This document shows, piece by piece, positions 45,517 through 47,261 of a DNA stretch of 47,261 bases (the stretch's first letter is position 1; each line of letters begins with the position of its first letter). The stretch is taken from positions 1-47,261 of the forward strand of contig PEWQ01000075.1 of the NCBI GenBank assembly GCA_002780065.1, written 5' to 3'. Source of the stretch: Candidatus Hydrogenedentes bacterium CG07_land_8_20_14_0_80_42_17 (GTDB lineage: Bacteria > UBA8481). Both the position numbers and the translations under genes were made by a program. The notes below the pieces were generated by a model that made no database searches, had not been told where the DNA came from, and saw nothing but the letters and a program-made list of their open reading frames with translations.

Positions 45517-47141
45517 CCGTAAATTAAAATAGAACCTGTAAACTCTTTTATGATCGGTATCTTTTCCAAAAATTTTCCAAGCGATTCTACAATACTCAAT
45601 GTAAAAGAAGGAAGAAGCGGGTGAATAAAATCAAAAGGAACTGCCTTTGCCTCAATAAAGCCGCACTTTTTAAGTGAAGAAGCTAATTTCCATCGAAAAA
45701 AAGCAGTTTCATAAGGAGTATCACCCATTGCTTTTTTTATGATGGGGATTTTTTTCTGCATAGTAACAAGTGGATTCAACATATTTGGTTCGAAAAAGAT
45801 TGCAAAGCCGCCAGGCACCAGCATTTTAAACGCCTGAGCAAGAAACGAATCATAATCTATATGATGTAGAATAGCATTACCAATTATTGCATCAAAACTA
45901 TTGGAGACAGATGCAAATGACTGAAGATCCCTGCACTCGAATTTTGCATTCTTATATTCCACACACTCTTTTTTTGCAACCTCTATTCCCTTTTCGGATA
46001 GATCGCACGCCAAAAGTTTCAAAGAAGGATTTAATTGCAAAAGTGTTTTGGTCCAAGCGCCGGCGCCGCACCCTATCTCAAATACTTTAGGATCATTATA
46101 TTTCTCTAATAATTCACTAACGATTTTTGATCTAATCTCGAACCTACGCATCCCTGCGCGCGTAGAAGTCCCCCACCAAACTCGTCCCTTCTTTTCGATA
46201 AGACTATCAAAATGTTTTCTATCAACATTTGAATCTACTGCATGCTTTTTAACAGATATCTTTTTTGACATATTTTTTAATTGATCGGCAAAACAAACTA
46301 AAATATCTATATTCATATTTTTATTAATTAGCTTATGAATTAAATATGCAAATTTAAAAAACATTTTTTCAATTAATCCTAACTTTATTCTTTCAATAGG
46401 ATAGCTTCGGCCGCGAAGAACAAGAGGTTCAAAATTGTGGAGTCTCAGTAAATTTACAAGTGACCGGCGTGTAAAAAAAGTCATATGTTCAAGCGGATAA
46501 AGTCTTTCAGCCGGACTTGAAATAATTCCAAAACTTGTTTTAAAAAGTGCCGAACCGGTAAAATTTACAATATTATCTATATCTACTGTTGAAAGGTAGA
46601 GCACTCCATCAGGCTTTAACAGCCGTTTAATTTTTTTTAAGAATTTGGCAGGTGAAGAAAGATGCTCAATGAAATCGATTCCGCAAATTACATCAAAATA
46701 TGATTTAGGAAGATCCACTTCGTCGAAGAAACCGCATTTCATTTCAATTCCATATCGAGTCGTCAATTCATCACAAAAAGATTTAATAACTTCGACCCCT
46801 GTCACTTGAAATCCCTGATTTTTTGCAAGTTTGGCCATCTCGCCTTTTCCACTGCCTAAGTCGAGCCATGTTCCTTCGGATTTGTAAGCAAATATAGTTT
46901 CTGAAGCCTTAATAAAATCAGGAAGAATAGTATCGTCTTTGAAGTAGGCTCTTGTCTCGTATTCTCCGCTTCTATAAATTTTGTCTATCTCTTCACTTGC
47001 CGGAATTGGATTAACGTGATCTGCTCCGCAATCTCTGCAGCGAAAAATATTTTTATTTTTCAATTTTAAAAAAATACGTGTATTCGTAGAATCACACAGT
47101 GGACAGCTGCTATTAATCGATAACAAATTTTTTCTCCTCAA
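45501..47141 (-). CDS. Tandem class I SAM-dependent methyltransferase (Zn ribbon plus two MTase domains)
   Basis: CPLC..CRDC; WLDLGSGKG..FIEHL; FEIGCGAG..AILHH..EPN. AT-rich. TTG 47126 after GAGGAG is an alternative start. Confidence 0.88.
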   Translation of the reverse strand: MRRKNLLSINSSCPLCDSTNTRIFLKLKNKNIFRCRDCGADHVNPIPASEEIDKIYRSGEYETRAYFKDDTILPDFIKASETIFAYKSEGTWLDLGSGKGEMAKLAKNQGFQVTGVEVIKSFCDELTTRYGIEMKCGFFDEVDLPKSYFDVICGIDFIEHLSSPAKFLKKIKRLLKPDGVLYLSTVDIDNIVNFTGSALFKTSFGIISSPAERLYPLEHMTFFTRRSLVNLLRLHNFEPLVLRGRSYPIERIKLGLIEKMFFKFAYLIHKLINKNMNIDILVCFADQLKNMSKKISVKKHAVDSNVDRKHFDSLIEKKGRVWWGTSTRAGMRRFEIRSKIVSELLEKYNDPKVFEIGCGAGAWTKTLLQLNPSLKLLACDLSEKGIEVAKKECVEYKNAKFECRDLQSFASVSNSFDAIIGNAILHHIDYDSFLAQAFKMLVPGGFAIFFEPNMLNPLVTMQKKIPIIKKAMGDTPYETAFFRWKLASSLKKCGFIEAKAVPFDFIHPLLPSFTLSIVESLGKFLEKIPIIKEFTGSILIYGKKPL

Positions 47142-47174
47142 GAATTTATTTACCGGGCTCGTGCAAGTAGCATT

Positions 47175-47261
47175 TTTGAACCACGGAGTTACAGAGACAC
47201 GGAGATTTTTAAATAATTTTTTATTTTTTTTATCCTTGTCTCCAGCCTATCTTCCAAAGAA
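47175..47261 (+). mobile_element. Third copy of the composite repeat, truncated by the window end
   Basis: TCCTTGTCTCCAGCCTATCTTCCAAAGAA matches 12723-12751 with 2 mismatches; TTTGAACCACG (47175) equals the reverse complement of 25231-25241. Confidence 0.7.

Noticed and set aside
1-47261. tRNA, rRNA, transposase, integrase, reverse transcriptase or recoding signals
   Set aside because: None recognised by eye; conserved genes are uninterrupted under the standard code. tRNAscan/Infernal were not run.

Overview
Chromosomal window from a flagellated diderm bacterium (BtuB/TonB, MCE domain and GT9 genes present); the lineage cannot be assigned from sequence alone. In order: trailer end of a type I-C-like CRISPR array (no cas genes in window); rho; a coupled thiolase-like/DUF35/MCE-TPR operon; an AT-rich AAA_14-DUF4143 ATPase gene with a palindromic operator; rpsB-tsf-pyrH-frr-uppS running into ktrBA and a P-loop-less mini-YchF; a secreted multi-HhH (ComEA-like + DUF4332-like) gene; HIT and orphan oligopeptide ABC ATPases; cutA; flgBC-fliEFGHIJ-SLT-motE/flbB; a SwrB/DUF2802-like gene; argS; a sigma28-driven flaG-flagellin unit with CsrA-type hairpins next to Maf/GT9 glycosyltransferases; a cobalamin riboswitch-controlled btuB-tonB-btuFCD operon; carAB; a CDF transporter; a tandem methyltransferase. 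The main unexplained signal is non-coding: short palindromic MITE/REP-like elements nested inside one another at 12.6-12.9 kb, 25.1-25.3 kb and 47.2 kb, including an apparent empty-site/filled-site pair. All assignments are by eye from motifs; no database searches were run.
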